Shown: positions 28,171-38,406, counted from the first letter of the stretch. The stretch is 64,000 bases of DNA from Minisyncoccota bacterium (GCA_046350775.1 JAXLZS010000001.1:416342-480341), one strand, 5' to 3'. A program made the numbers and translations. Notes: generated by a model not told the origin, from the letters alone.

Positions 28171-28887
28171 TTAAAACTTCAAAAGCTTTACTTTGTCTTT
28201 ACTGGCTTTTATTTCTAGGACATCTCCACTATCCAGCTCCCATTTATTTGATTGGTTATCGGCAAATACATCGGCCACACCTCTTGTGATTTCTATTTTT
28301 ACAACCCTGTCTTTTTTTAAGACTATATGACTTACTTGATCTATAGCATTATTGAATGCGAGGCCAATCTGATCATCGCTCTCAAAATAGCTTCTAGTGA
28401 TAGATTTATAATATCCTGTTGATCCTATCTGAGTAGAGATTAATATTCCATCACCAATAATCTCAGAATTTTGAATTAGCTTATTATCAACTGAAACCTT
28501 CATACGAATAGCAGTAAACGGATTGTGATTATGTACAAGCACATCGGCCATGGCTGACATTTTTTTATTTTTATATTTTATTTCTAATTTTGTTTTCTCT
28601 TCTATAGTATATTCACCCTTTATGATATGTAAGATTATTTTTTCATTAGATTTATCGTGAGCAAGCTTTCCAATTCTACTATATTTTAGATAAACTTTTG
28701 GAATATTTGGATAAAAAAATTCTGATTTAAAAAATGTACCATCTCCACCAAAAGTGACTACGAGGTCAGGATTTTCTTTCACAATATAAATATGTTTTTT
28801 ATGTTTTAAAAAAAGCTTTTTAGCTTTTTCTGGATAATCACTGACTATTAAAATCTTAATTTTGTTTTTCTTGTTTTCTTTTTTCAT
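28171..28887 (-). CDS. NAD kinase family protein
   Basis: GGDGT, GDGILIST..GSTGY. Confidence 0.85.
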   Translation of the reverse strand: MKKENKKNKIKILIVSDYPEKAKKLFLKHKKHIYIVKENPDLVVTFGGDGTFFKSEFFYPNIPKVYLKYSRIGKLAHDKSNEKIILHIIKGEYTIEEKTKLEIKYKNKKMSAMADVLVHNHNPFTAIRMKVSVDNKLIQNSEIIGDGILISTQIGSTGYYKSITRSYFESDDQIGLAFNNAIDQVSHIVLKKDRVVKIEITRGVADVFADNQSNKWELDSGDVLEIKASKDKVKLLKF

Positions 28888-28890
28888 GTA

Positions 28891-29217
28891 TTAATATGTC
28901 ACCTCTCTCTTTAATCTATCTTCCAATTTTCTTCCAAGCATTCTTTTAGCCTTAGCTTCTCCGCAGATTATTATTTTTTTATTTTTATTTTCTTCATTTT
29001 GAATGATGTGTGTGATCTCATGCAAAATCTCATCTATCACTTGAGTCGTCTTATCTTCAATATCTTTTGCTCCAAAAGGTAATACTAAATCATTAAAAAT
29101 CACACAATCAGAATGAATGCAAATATGATTGACTCCTAACAACTTTTTGTCATTTAAAAATCCAGTTGCTGGAATATAATTATCATCTCTAAATCTATTT
29201 TTGAAGATATCGGACAT
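28891..29217 (-). CDS. Hypothetical protein with HExxH
   Basis: ILHEITHIIQ. Confidence 0.55.
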   Translation of the reverse strand: MSDIFKNRFRDDNYIPATGFLNDKKLLGVNHICIHSDCVIFNDLVLPFGAKDIEDKTTQVIDEILHEITHIIQNEENKNKKIIICGEAKAKRMLGRKLEDRLKREVTY

Positions 29218-29247
29218 ATTTATACTTTATATTTTAGCACGCAAAAC

Positions 29248-29823
29248 CTAAAAAAGTAAAAAGTAAACAACGAGACAAATAATAATAAAAGTAATGACCG
29301 ATGTCCAAAAACTATCCGTGAGAGAATCTTTGACTTTGACTCCGTATTTATGAGTGAAAAATGAAACACCTATAAATTTTATGCCTCTACCTAAAATAGA
29401 AGTCAAAATAAATAAAGGAAAATTTACCGCAAATACTCCTGAGGCAATAGCTGTAACTTTGAATGGTATCGGAGTCATAGCAGCTACAAGTAAAATCCAA
29501 AATTGATTATTTAATAATTTATCTCCAAATTTATTGAACTCATCTTGCAAGCTATAAAAATTTACTATCGGCTGACCTACAAGTTTAAATAAATAGAAAC
29601 CGATAAAGTATCCCAAGACACCTCCAAGTATAGATCCTAATGTCGCTATCCAAGCTACCTTTTTCCATGAATATTTGACTTTGTGTGCCAAAATAAATAA
29701 AACTAAGAAATAAGCAGGAAACGGTGAAATGCAAGACTCAGCAAAAGACACCCAAAAGAGACTTTTTAGAGCATGTTTGTGGTTGGCTACATTTTCTGAC
29801 CATTTTATAAATTTTTCTTTCAT
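29248..29823 (-). CDS. YqaA/DedA (VTT) membrane protein
   Basis: SFAES, GSILGG..GY, TPIPFKV. Confidence 0.9.
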   Translation of the reverse strand: MKEKFIKWSENVANHKHALKSLFWVSFAESCISPFPAYFLVLFILAHKVKYSWKKVAWIATLGSILGGVLGYFIGFYLFKLVGQPIVNFYSLQDEFNKFGDKLLNNQFWILLVAAMTPIPFKVTAIASGVFAVNFPLFILTSILGRGIKFIGVSFFTHKYGVKVKDSLTDSFWTSVITFIIICLVVYFLLF

Positions 29824-29830
29824 GTTTTAA

Positions 29831-30151
29831 TTATCTCATTTGTGACCCATTTTGGACCTCTATCGTAGGAGAAAGTAAAGCTAAAGATTCTTCTCCTGTC
29901 GCTAGTATCATGGCCTCAGAATCTAAACCCATCATTTTTCTAGGAGCAAGATTTGTAATAAAAGCAAACTGCTTATTTAATAAAAAATCTTTTTCAAAAA
30001 ATTTTTTAATACCAGATAGTACTTGCCTTGGTTTTTCTTCTCCAAAATCTACAGCTAGTTTATACAGCTTTTCACTACCCTCCACTTCTTCAATATTTAA
30101 AATTCGTCCAACCTTTATTTCTACTTTTTGTAAATCTTCAATAGTTATCAT
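29831..30151 (-). CDS. Stand-alone tRNA-binding OB domain (MetRS C-terminal/Trbp111/CsaA-like)
   Basis: KVGRI...SEKLYKL.VDFG...RQVLSGI...NLAPRKMMG..SEAMILA. Confidence 0.9.
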   Translation of the reverse strand: MITIEDLQKVEIKVGRILNIEEVEGSEKLYKLAVDFGEEKPRQVLSGIKKFFEKDFLLNKQFAFITNLAPRKMMGLDSEAMILATGEESLALLSPTIEVQNGSQMR

Positions 30152-30192
30152 ATTATTTATAATTTTTTAAATAATTATATCATTTTAAAATG

Positions 30193-30224
30193 AAAAAAGC
30201 CTCACGGTATGGGCGAGGCTTTTT
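30193..30224 (-). terminator. Intrinsic terminator
   Basis: Minus strand AAAAAGCCUCG...UGAGGCUUUUUU. Confidence 0.75.
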
Positions 30225-30444
30225 GGGATGGGCGAGTTAGGATTTATAGTCCTGCTCGCATCTTTTGTTGACATAAAATTTTGGCATACCATATCTGAGA
30301 AGGTAAGGAGCTTCGACTTTTTTACAGTTTGAAGACTTGCTTATTTCCAGAAATAAAATGATAGATCCAAAAATTATGTTGTGTAAAAGAACAATAATTT
30401 GCATACTGCAAGATTAAGGCTATAAATATACTACAGATAAAAAA

Positions 30445-30861
30445 TTAATGCAAATTATTATTTTTATTAATTTTATCTAAAAATCTTTGAAGGATAATTG
30501 CGGCAGCGGAGTCGTCTGCATCTCGCCTATCATCATATCTTCGAGCTTCTAAAGTGCTATACCACTCTTTTTCAAAATGGACACCACAATCTATATTTTT
30601 ATCCAAAAATATTTCCTCAAGATTAAAAGCGAACTCTCTAGCTGATAGAGCTATCTTATTTAGCTCTCCCTTTTGATTAACGCTCTCGCCTATGACAATG
30701 TTTTTTATTTTATTTTGAGTCACTATATTTAAAATTTCTTGTAGAGATTTTTCTTTGTCTTTGTTTAAAATGATTTGTAAAGGAAAAGCTAGCATATTCA
30801 TCTCGTCTGAGATAGCTACTCCGATTTTTTTTGAACCGTAATCAATACCTAAATATTTCAT
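30445..30861 (-). CDS. ruvX: YqgF/RuvX family nuclease
   Basis: YLGIDYGSKKIGVAISD, EWYST, DDSAAAIILQRFL. Confidence 0.92.
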   Translation of the reverse strand: MKYLGIDYGSKKIGVAISDEMNMLAFPLQIILNKDKEKSLQEILNIVTQNKIKNIVIGESVNQKGELNKIALSAREFAFNLEEIFLDKNIDCGVHFEKEWYSTLEARRYDDRRDADDSAAAIILQRFLDKINKNNNLH

Positions 30862-30863
30862 AA

Positions 30864-32165
30864 TTAATTTTTGCTTTTCAATTCTCTCAACAATCTTCTA
30901 GATATCTCTCTATCATCGCTCTTTATCTTTTGACCTTTCCAGCTCATAGTATTGAGAGATCCTCGAGTAGCAAGCAAAACAACGTCTCCAGAATTTGCTA
31001 AAGAGATGGCTTTTCTTACAGCTTCTTCTCGATCTATAATAATGAAAAGATTTTCATCATACTTTTTCCCTTGCTTTTCTGCTTCATCTGCTATCTTTTT
31101 AGCCAAAGCTATCTCATCATCAAAATACGGATCGGAATTAGCGACTATCACTGTGTCTGCTTTTTTACCGACCACCTCACCCATATCATAAAGTCTTTGC
31201 TCATCTCTTCCTCCACCATCCCCACCGAGAACTATAATTATTTTGTTATTCTCGTTTCTTTTTAGATTCTTAGCAGAATCCAAAAGACTATTCATACTTA
31301 ATTTTTCGTGAGCATAATCAACCATAACCTTAAAATCTTGTCCCTCTTCTATCGATTCCATCCTTCCTGGTATAAGACTTAAGCTAGTTAATCTGTCTTT
31401 TATTTCCTGATTAGGGATATTGTATTTTTGACCCAAAATTATTGCAGGCAAAGCATTATAAATATTAAATATGCCTAAAATATTTATTTTATAAATTTCA
31501 TTTTTAAAATTAAAGACTACGCCAGACTCATCCTCTTTTATGCCGCTCACCTCATTTAGAGAATATTTTATCTGCTCCAAATCTTTTCCTTTTTCTAAAA
31601 AGAATTTACTATTTTCATCATCAGAATTGACTATAATGGTCTTTAATTTTCCAAAAATACCCTTCTTAAATATTTTCATCTTGGCGGATCTATATTTTTC
31701 AAAAGACCCTCCATGAGAAGCTAAATGCTCTGGTGAGAGATTTGTAAAAATTGCCACATCTAAAAAAAGCCCGACATGTCGAAATTGCTTTATACCTTCA
31801 CTAGTCACCTCTAGAATCACATATTTGCATCCAGCATCTTTCATTTGTTTTAAATATTTTTGCAAAACAAATCTTCCTGGCATACTCATATGATATTTAT
31901 TTGCAAAATCTTTTTCGTCGATTTTTATATTAGCTGTAGATATAAGTCCAGCTTTCTCATTTTCACTGTTTAAAACTTTATGTATAAAATTTACAGTAGA
32001 AGTTTTTCCTTTTGTGCCAGTGACCCCAATGATTGTCATTTTTCTAGCTGGAAAACCATAAATTAACATACCGATAACAGCTAAAGAGAAATGATAAATA
32101 GGCTGACCAAGTTTATAAACTTTCTTTGGTACCAACTTTTCTATGAATCTAAGAATTTTTTCCAT
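30864..32165 (-). CDS. murE: Mur ligase (MurE-like)
   Basis: GVTGTKGKTST, EVTSEG, FTNLSPEHL, PGRME, VDYAH. Confidence 0.85.
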   Translation of the reverse strand: MEKILRFIEKLVPKKVYKLGQPIYHFSLAVIGMLIYGFPARKMTIIGVTGTKGKTSTVNFIHKVLNSENEKAGLISTANIKIDEKDFANKYHMSMPGRFVLQKYLKQMKDAGCKYVILEVTSEGIKQFRHVGLFLDVAIFTNLSPEHLASHGGSFEKYRSAKMKIFKKGIFGKLKTIIVNSDDENSKFFLEKGKDLEQIKYSLNEVSGIKEDESGVVFNFKNEIYKINILGIFNIYNALPAIILGQKYNIPNQEIKDRLTSLSLIPGRMESIEEGQDFKVMVDYAHEKLSMNSLLDSAKNLKRNENNKIIIVLGGDGGGRDEQRLYDMGEVVGKKADTVIVANSDPYFDDEIALAKKIADEAEKQGKKYDENLFIIIDREEAVRKAISLANSGDVVLLATRGSLNTMSWKGQKIKSDDREISRRLLRELKSKN

Positions 32166-32291
32166 AATATATTTATTTAATACTATTTTATCATTTTAAC
32201 ACTTTTCCACAAATGTTAAGATTTTCATTTGCATTTTTTATTCAGTTTTATATAATACTAGAGTAAACTTAAATACCAGAGAAGTTTACGT

Positions 32292-32326
32292 AAGTTAAAA
32301 ACCCCCGATTTCGGGGGTTTTTAACT
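32292..32326. terminator. Strong symmetric terminator hairpin
   Basis: AGTTAAAAACCCCCGA-TT-TCGGGGGTTTTTAACT. Confidence 0.85.
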
Positions 32327-32345
32327 GGTTGAGTTTTCTGGGTAT

Positions 32346-33251
32346 TTATTTAAATAGATTTTCAAAATAAGTAAAATTGTCACCCAATAAATACCTCCTC
32401 AGGTTATAGATATTCAACTCGTTATCTTCTTTTTTTGCCAGCACTCCTACAGCTCCGAGATATCCTAAATTTTTTACAATATTTTGCACCCTTTCATCAT
32501 TGGCACCAAAAGGATAAGCTAAAACATTTTCAACAGAAGAAGACCCGAAATTATTTATTAATTTATTTTGATTTTCAATTATTTCTTTTGAGATAATTTC
32601 ATCTTTATATTTTGGCAAATAAATATGATGTAATGTATGATTTCCCAATTTCATATTATTAGATAATAAATCTTTTATTTCTTTATTAGTCATACAGACA
32701 GGATATCTATCAATGCAGTCAGAATAAATAAAAAATGTAGCGCTAAAATTATACTTTTTGAGTATTGGTAGAGCTGAAATATATTGTGAAGCATAGCCAT
32801 CGTCAAAAGTTAAAATAAAAGATTTATTCAAATCGAAATTTTTGATGCCAAAATTTAAATAATTAAAATAATCTGTGAGAGAAATAGATTCATATCCCCT
32901 ATCAAAAAGATATTTCATTTCTTTTTCAAAAGTTTCTGGAGATGTTATAAATAATTTTACTTTCTGACTGTCAGTGTCTCTGTATTCTCTTATTTGGTGA
33001 TAACCTAAAATTATAATTTTATTTTTATTTGTGTCTTTTTTGTATAAATCATTTAAATCTTTATCCGAATAAAATTCCCTAAAAGAATCAGACTCCTCAT
33101 CTAGTGTGACTGGGCCAGATCTTTCAATCACAGCATAAGTAAAAATATAAGAAACAAAAAATGGCACCAAAAACAAAAAAGCTAGAGTGAAAAAGTTAAA
33201 AAATCCAAAATCTTTTTTGTGACCTATTTTAATTTGGATATTCTTTCCCAT
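32346..33251 (-). CDS. Polysaccharide deacetylase (CE4), membrane anchored
   Basis: ILGYHQI, LTFDDGY, GNHTLHH, AYPFG. Confidence 0.92.
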   Translation of the reverse strand: MGKNIQIKIGHKKDFGFFNFFTLAFLFLVPFFVSYIFTYAVIERSGPVTLDEESDSFREFYSDKDLNDLYKKDTNKNKIIILGYHQIREYRDTDSQKVKLFITSPETFEKEMKYLFDRGYESISLTDYFNYLNFGIKNFDLNKSFILTFDDGYASQYISALPILKKYNFSATFFIYSDCIDRYPVCMTNKEIKDLLSNNMKLGNHTLHHIYLPKYKDEIISKEIIENQNKLINNFGSSSVENVLAYPFGANDERVQNIVKNLGYLGAVGVLAKKEDNELNIYNLRRYLLGDNFTYFENLFK

Positions 33252-33301
33252 ATTTATGGGATATTATAGATTAAATAAAAAGAAAATACTAATTTTAAAA
33301 A

Positions 33302-33841
33302 TTAATAATCAGCCCCTTTCTTTTGGGAATGTTTTTCTAAAAAGAGATCTTTTTTAAGATTTTTATATTTGTCGCCAATATAATATTTATGTACATTTTG
33401 TAAAAATGGGACCTCACCCTTTTCTCCAAACCTAGCAACTTTAAAATCTTTATCTATAAAAATATTCAAATTTACTATTATCAAAATAATACTCATTAAT
33501 AAAATTAAAATTACATACAAAATATTTTTTCTGTAAACAAAAGAATACTCACTTACTAGATGATATAAGGAAAATAAAAATAAAATAATTAATAGTAAAA
33601 TTATAACTGGAATAGTCTTAAGAAAATCAGTAAAGGCCATACTTGGTACAAATTTTTGATGCTCGTGGAAAATAAAAAATACAAAATCAGTTAGGTAAAT
33701 TGTTATCAAAAATAAAATCAAAGAAAAAGACATTATCAGAATAGTTTTTAATACAAAATACCATCTAGGCCTCATCTTTAGTTTTTTACTTTTTATTACT
33801 TCTTCTATTTTTTTTACGATCTTTTCTTTATTGATTTCCAT
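33302..33841 (-). CDS. Membrane protein downstream of ECF sigma (candidate anti-sigma)
   Basis: 3 TM segments; MRPRWYF motif; operonic with sigma factor. Confidence 0.6.
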   Translation of the reverse strand: MEINKEKIVKKIEEVIKSKKLKMRPRWYFVLKTILIMSFSLILFLITIYLTDFVFFIFHEHQKFVPSMAFTDFLKTIPVIILLLIILFLFSLYHLVSEYSFVYRKNILYVILILLMSIILIIVNLNIFIDKDFKVARFGEKGEVPFLQNVHKYYIGDKYKNLKKDLFLEKHSQKKGADY

Positions 33842-33851
33842 AAATTTATTT

Positions 33852-34454
33852 TTATCTACTATCTATTCCCTTTTCATTTAAAATCTTTTTTATCTGCTCT
33901 TTTCCTCTTTGGATTCTTACGCCAACTAGAGAGATTGGTATTTTTAATATGTCAGATATATCCTTATAAGATAGCTCTTCATAGAAATAAAGTATTATTA
34001 TTTCTTTATATTTTTGATCGAGATCATTTAATATTTCATCTAGATGATTTTTCAAAATCTCCCTCTCCGCTTCACTTTCACTATCCTCTTTTGCTTTTGG
34101 ATGAATAAAAAAAGTATCATCAAAAATATCAAAACTAAACACCTTGATAGAATTCTTTTTTAAAAGATTTACGGCTTCATTGTGAGCTATACGATAAATC
34201 CATGGAGAAAATTTTTGACTAGTATCAAAACTTTTAATATTTACAAAACATTTTATAAAAATATCTTGCAATATATCTTCAACGTCTTCTCTTCTTGATA
34301 GAAATTTTCTAATATAGCGACCAAGCTTGTCACTATAACGATCTATCAGGATTTCAAAAATATCAACATTACCTTTTTGGATAAAAGAAGCTATCTCCTC
34401 ATCAGTAAGATTTTGGTATCGGTCAAAAGTGTCCATAAAATTAGTCAGAGGCAT
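33852..34454 (-). CDS. ECF RNA polymerase sigma factor
   Basis: EDILQDIFIK, FSPWIYRIAHN, LSYKDISDIL. Confidence 0.92.
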   Translation of the reverse strand: MPLTNFMDTFDRYQNLTDEEIASFIQKGNVDIFEILIDRYSDKLGRYIRKFLSRREDVEDILQDIFIKCFVNIKSFDTSQKFSPWIYRIAHNEAVNLLKKNSIKVFSFDIFDDTFFIHPKAKEDSESEAEREILKNHLDEILNDLDQKYKEIIILYFYEELSYKDISDILKIPISLVGVRIQRGKEQIKKILNEKGIDSR

Positions 34455-34558
34455 ATTTCTCTCTTGACCTTCAGTATATAATACAAATGAATTTTTAAAA
34501 AATTACATCTTAAACTTATTATAAGAGGCACCTTGATGCCTCCTAAATAATTTTAAAA

Positions 34559-34765
34559 TTATTTCTTAGCTAATTTACTAAGACTGAATAACACATAAAC
34601 CGCAGATAGACCTACAAGAATGTAGATTATTCTTGATAACATAGACATGACACCAAAGATGGTAGATACTAAGTCGAAATCAAATAGGCCAACTAGTAAC
34701 CAATTTAATCCTCCAACGATTACTAAAATCATTGCGACCCAGTCTAATGTACTTAAGTTTTTCAT
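34559..34765 (-). CDS. DUF378 small membrane protein
   Basis: LVIVGGLNWLLVGLFDFDLV..IFG...RIIYILVGLSA. Confidence 0.92.
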   Translation of the reverse strand: MKNLSTLDWVAMILVIVGGLNWLLVGLFDFDLVSTIFGVMSMLSRIIYILVGLSAVYVLFSLSKLAKK

Positions 34766-34868
34766 ATATTTTAATTTTAAAATGTAGCTCTATAGATCAT
34801 ATAGAACTATCTATATTTTATCATATACAAAAACAAAAGACCTGTATTGACAGATCTTTTGTTTTTTG

Positions 34869-34953
34869 CGGAAGTGGTGAGATTCGAACTCACGAAGAGT
34901 TTCCCCTTGCCGGTTTTCAAGACCGGTGCCTTCAACCACTCGGCCACACTTCC
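34869..34953 (-). tRNA. tRNA-Ser (TGA)
   Basis: GGAAGTG/CACTTCC-G, CCGGT-CTTGAAA-ACCGG, long variable arm. Confidence 0.96.
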
Positions 34954-35026
34954 ATATTTAATTGTTTTAAAATAATAGCATAAAAATCTTTTTTTTAAAA
35001 GTTTTTAAAATTATATTAAAACAACA

Positions 35027-36094
35027 TTATTCTTCAAATTTCTCTAAATAAGTAGTTAATTGTCTATTAACTTTTATAAAAGTAGCTCTTTTTGAAAACT
35101 CTTTTAATCTTCTAGCTCCTATGTATGTACCAGTGCTACGAAGAGACCCAAACAGATCTTGCAAAAAGATGTCCAACTTTCCCTTGTATGGCATAAGTAC
35201 ATATCTTCCCTCACTGGCCCTATGACTATCTTTTTTACCATAAAATTCTTCTAGGGCTTTGTTGGAAGATGATCCAAAATATTCTTTAAATTTTTTGCCA
35301 TTTTTTTCTACGAGATCTCCAGCGCTCTCATCAAATCCAGAAAAAAGAGATCCGCACATATTAAAATCTGCTCCACCACAAAAGGCTTTTGCAATACAAG
35401 ATGGATACTGTTGACCACCGTCAGCGATAACTAGTCCAGATCTGCCCTCTCCACTTGAAAGTCCGTGTGCAGCATCAGAGCATTCTATGACAGCCGACAG
35501 TTGAGGATATCCTACTCCTGTCATCTTTCTTGTAGTACAAACAGAGCCTGGGCCAATACCAACTTTTACAATATCTGCTCCAGCTAATATTATCTCTTCT
35601 GTCATCTCATTGGTTACCACATTTCCAGCTATGACTATGTGATCAGGACACATATTTCTTATTATCTTTATCGTTTCAACAAATCTATTAAGATATCCAT
35701 TTGGTACATCAATACAAATAAATGAAAAATATTTATCTATTCCTCTTTTAATTATCTCTTTCAACTTTTCAATGTCTTCATCTCTTATACCTAGAGTATA
35801 AATAATGTAATCAGGATTATTAAACTCTTTTAAATTATTTTCTAACTCTTCTATATTATAGTATTTATGAAGAGCCGTCAGCATTTTATTTTTTGATAAA
35901 GCTTTAGCCATTTCAAAAGTGCCACATGTCGCCATATTGGCAGCAATAATTGGTATACCTGTCCAAGTCTTTGGAGAATGATAAAATTTAAAAGATCTTT
36001 CCAGGTCGACTTCTTTTCTACTAGAAATAGTGCTTCTCTTTGGCCTTAATAATACATCAGCGTAGTCTAATTTTATATCTTCATCTATTCTCAT
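35027..36094 (-). CDS. guaC: GMP reductase
   Basis: [41 protein letters not shown]. Confidence 0.95.
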   Translation of the reverse strand: MRIDEDIKLDYADVLLRPKRSTISSRKEVDLERSFKFYHSPKTWTGIPIIAANMATCGTFEMAKALSKNKMLTALHKYYNIEELENNLKEFNNPDYIIYTLGIRDEDIEKLKEIIKRGIDKYFSFICIDVPNGYLNRFVETIKIIRNMCPDHIVIAGNVVTNEMTEEIILAGADIVKVGIGPGSVCTTRKMTGVGYPQLSAVIECSDAAHGLSSGEGRSGLVIADGGQQYPSCIAKAFCGGADFNMCGSLFSGFDESAGDLVEKNGKKFKEYFGSSSNKALEEFYGKKDSHRASEGRYVLMPYKGKLDIFLQDLFGSLRSTGTYIGARRLKEFSKRATFIKVNRQLTTYLEKFEE

Positions 36095-36155
36095 ACCCTA
36101 GAAGTATATCACGTGAATTAATATCTAAAATATGCTAGTATTTAAAGGATAAAAT

Positions 36156-36644
36156 ATGAAAATAGTCATTCTTGATAATGTGCGCAGCAGCCTCAATGTT
36201 GGCTCTATATTCAGAACCAGCTCTGGGATTGGTATCGATAAAATCTATCTCTGCGGTATCACTCCTACCCCATTTGAAACTGCTAAAAAATTTGAAGGAC
36301 AAAATAAAAAAAGAAAAGATTTTATAAAAACTTCTCTCGGATCTGAAGATGAAATAGAGTGGGAATATAAAGAAAATATTTTAGATCTTATAAAAGAATT
36401 GAAAAAAGTAAATTTTGAAATAATAGCTCTCGAGCAAGATGAAAGAAGTACAGACTATAAAAGTCTAAAAACAGAAAATGAAAATATAGCAGTGATTATC
36501 GGTAGTGAGACAGATGGAGTACAAAAAGAAGTACTAGACTTATGTGACAAAATCACAGAAATACCAATGCTTGGTTTAAAAGAATCGTTAAACGTGACCA
36601 TCGCCTACGCAATATTAGTTTATAGACTTTTTGATACTAACTAA
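36156..36644 (+). CDS. TrmH/SpoU RNA methyltransferase
   Basis: LDNVRS..NVGSIFRT, GSETDG, IPMLG.KESLNV. Confidence 0.92.
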   Translation: MKIVILDNVRSSLNVGSIFRTSSGIGIDKIYLCGITPTPFETAKKFEGQNKKRKDFIKTSLGSEDEIEWEYKENILDLIKELKKVNFEIIALEQDERSTDYKSLKTENENIAVIIGSETDGVQKEVLDLCDKITEIPMLGLKESLNVTIAYAILVYRLFDTN

Positions 36645-37032
36645 AAAATACAATGAGTCCAGAAACTATTCCGGCAAAGATATGAAACCAAGGATGAAAT
36701 TTATGATAAGAAATAGTCTTTTTGTATCCTAATATAAAGAATAAAAGTGAGACGGAAAGTAGTGTGGTTAATAATATTTTCAAATTATCAAATGAAAACA
36801 TATAAATAAAATAAAACATATAAGTGTAACAAATAGCAGCCACCAACCAATCTCCATCTTTTAAAAAGATAGTCTGCCAATGATTAATATTTTGTTTAAA
36901 GTATAAATGATAAAGCGTACTAAAAATAAAAATCAAAAAGGCTAAAACAAAATAGATCCATTCGCTTTTATAAAAAGCTATTATTGTCGGAAATAAAAAT
37001 ATAAAACTAGAGACTACATAAAAATTTTTCAT
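36637..37032 (-). CDS. Small multi-pass membrane protein
   Basis: STLYH...D...H..FH, reminiscent of CREST/HlyIII metal ligands. Confidence 0.6.
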   Translation of the reverse strand: MKNFYVVSSFIFLFPTIIAFYKSEWIYFVLAFLIFIFSTLYHLYFKQNINHWQTIFLKDGDWLVAAICYTYMFYFIYMFSFDNLKILLTTLLSVSLLFFILGYKKTISYHKFHPWFHIFAGIVSGLIVFFS

Positions 37033-37055
37033 ATAGCTATATTATATTATAAGAA

Positions 37056-37130
37056 TGGTGCTCTCGTGAGGAATCGAACCTCAATCGCAGGTACCGCAAA
37101 CCTGAATTCTATCCGTTGAACTACGAGAGC
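37056..37130 (-). tRNA. tRNA-Arg (GCG)
   Basis: GCTCTCG/CGAGAGC-ACCA, CAGGT-TTGCGGT-ACCTG. Confidence 0.95.
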
Positions 37131-37168
37131 AAAGATTAGCGGCGCGGCTGTGCCGCGCCGCTACTTTA

Positions 37169-37435
37169 TTATTTTTCTAACTTTGCGATAGCTTTTACCA
37201 ATCTTGATTTTTTTCTATCTGCTGTACCTTTTTTAATAACTCCTCTTTTTGCAGCTTTATCAAGTGCAGCGAAAGTTTTTGGAAGATTCTTTTCTGCTTC
37301 TTTTTTATTTTTACCAAGTATCAAAGATTTGGTTAATTTCACCTCTTCTTTCATTGTCTTTTTTCTCTTGTCATTTACGACTTTTCTTTTTTCTGCTGAG
37401 CGGAGTGCTCTTTTTGCTGTTTTGGTTACTGCCAT
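37169..37435 (-). CDS. rpsT: 30S ribosomal protein S20
   Basis: TAKRALR...N...LDKAAKRGVIKK.TADRKKSRL. Confidence 0.96.
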   Translation of the reverse strand: MAVTKTAKRALRSAEKRKVVNDKRKKTMKEEVKLTKSLILGKNKKEAEKNLPKTFAALDKAAKRGVIKKGTADRKKSRLVKAIAKLEK

Positions 37436-37775
37436 ATATTATTTATAATTGTTTTATTTATATTAAATTATTTTCTATATAATACTACATTATGACAAAA
37501 AAATAAAGCCGACAAAATACAGTGTATACTTTATAAAAGTAGTAAAAAATTAAGGCAATTTTCCTATCAAGATATTATGGAATTAATATATAGACCAGAA
37601 AATACTATTTTTATTTTAAAGAAATATAAATTACTCTTGAAATAAATTTTTTAAGTATTCACACTAACACACTTACTATATTTATTCAATATTAAAAATA
37701 ATGTAACGTTGATATATAATATCAGCATCAAAAGTGCATATTAATAAAATATATAAATAATAACTTACAATTTCT

Positions 37776-38357
37776 ATGAGAAAAAATTTATCAAAAATCG
37801 GAATTAGTATGATCGCTACTGTAGCGATCGTTGGTGGAATCTTTTTTGCCGGAGCACAAAATGCGCCAGCAACAAGTACTCAAGTGGACCAAGGTCAAGT
37901 AGTTTTACAAAAAGGAGAAGGACTTGGTATGATGGGCGGATATGGAATGATGAATAGAGATGAAAATGGTAATTGGTCAATGAAAGGACAATGGGGTGGC
38001 GCTGGTGAAAATGCAAAAGATTTCGGAATGCTTAAAAGTATCTTCCCGGCTTTAGCTTTAGGATTCATCGGTGCTGGAATAGTTTTGACTATAATTGCTT
38101 TATTATTAATAGCTTTCTGGATATGGATGCTAGTACACGCAATCAAGCATGATATAGAATACAAGCCAATATGGATTTTGGTATTAGGAATTATGGGTAT
38201 ACTTGGAGCTATCATCTATTACTTCGCAGTAAAGAGACAATATGTTTGCTATTGCGGACAAGAAGGTATGTGTGATTGCGAGGATTGTACTTGTGGCAAA
38301 AAAGAAGGAGAGAAATGTGGAGTGTGTGGTGAAGGAGAGTGTAAATGTGAAAAATAA
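37776..38357 (+). CDS. Membrane protein with PLDc_N-like hairpin and Cys-rich tail
   Basis: Signal peptide, GMMGG repeats, FWIWML.H...W...LGAIIYYF, 10 Cys in last 36 aa. Confidence 0.75.
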   Translation: MRKNLSKIGISMIATVAIVGGIFFAGAQNAPATSTQVDQGQVVLQKGEGLGMMGGYGMMNRDENGNWSMKGQWGGAGENAKDFGMLKSIFPALALGFIGAGIVLTIIALLLIAFWIWMLVHAIKHDIEYKPIWILVLGIMGILGAIIYYFAVKRQYVCYCGQEGMCDCEDCTCGKKEGEKCGVCGEGECKCEK

Positions 38358-38406
38358 ATAAAAATTAAAAAATAAAAACGCCCGAGAAATCGAGCGTTTT
38401 TATTTT

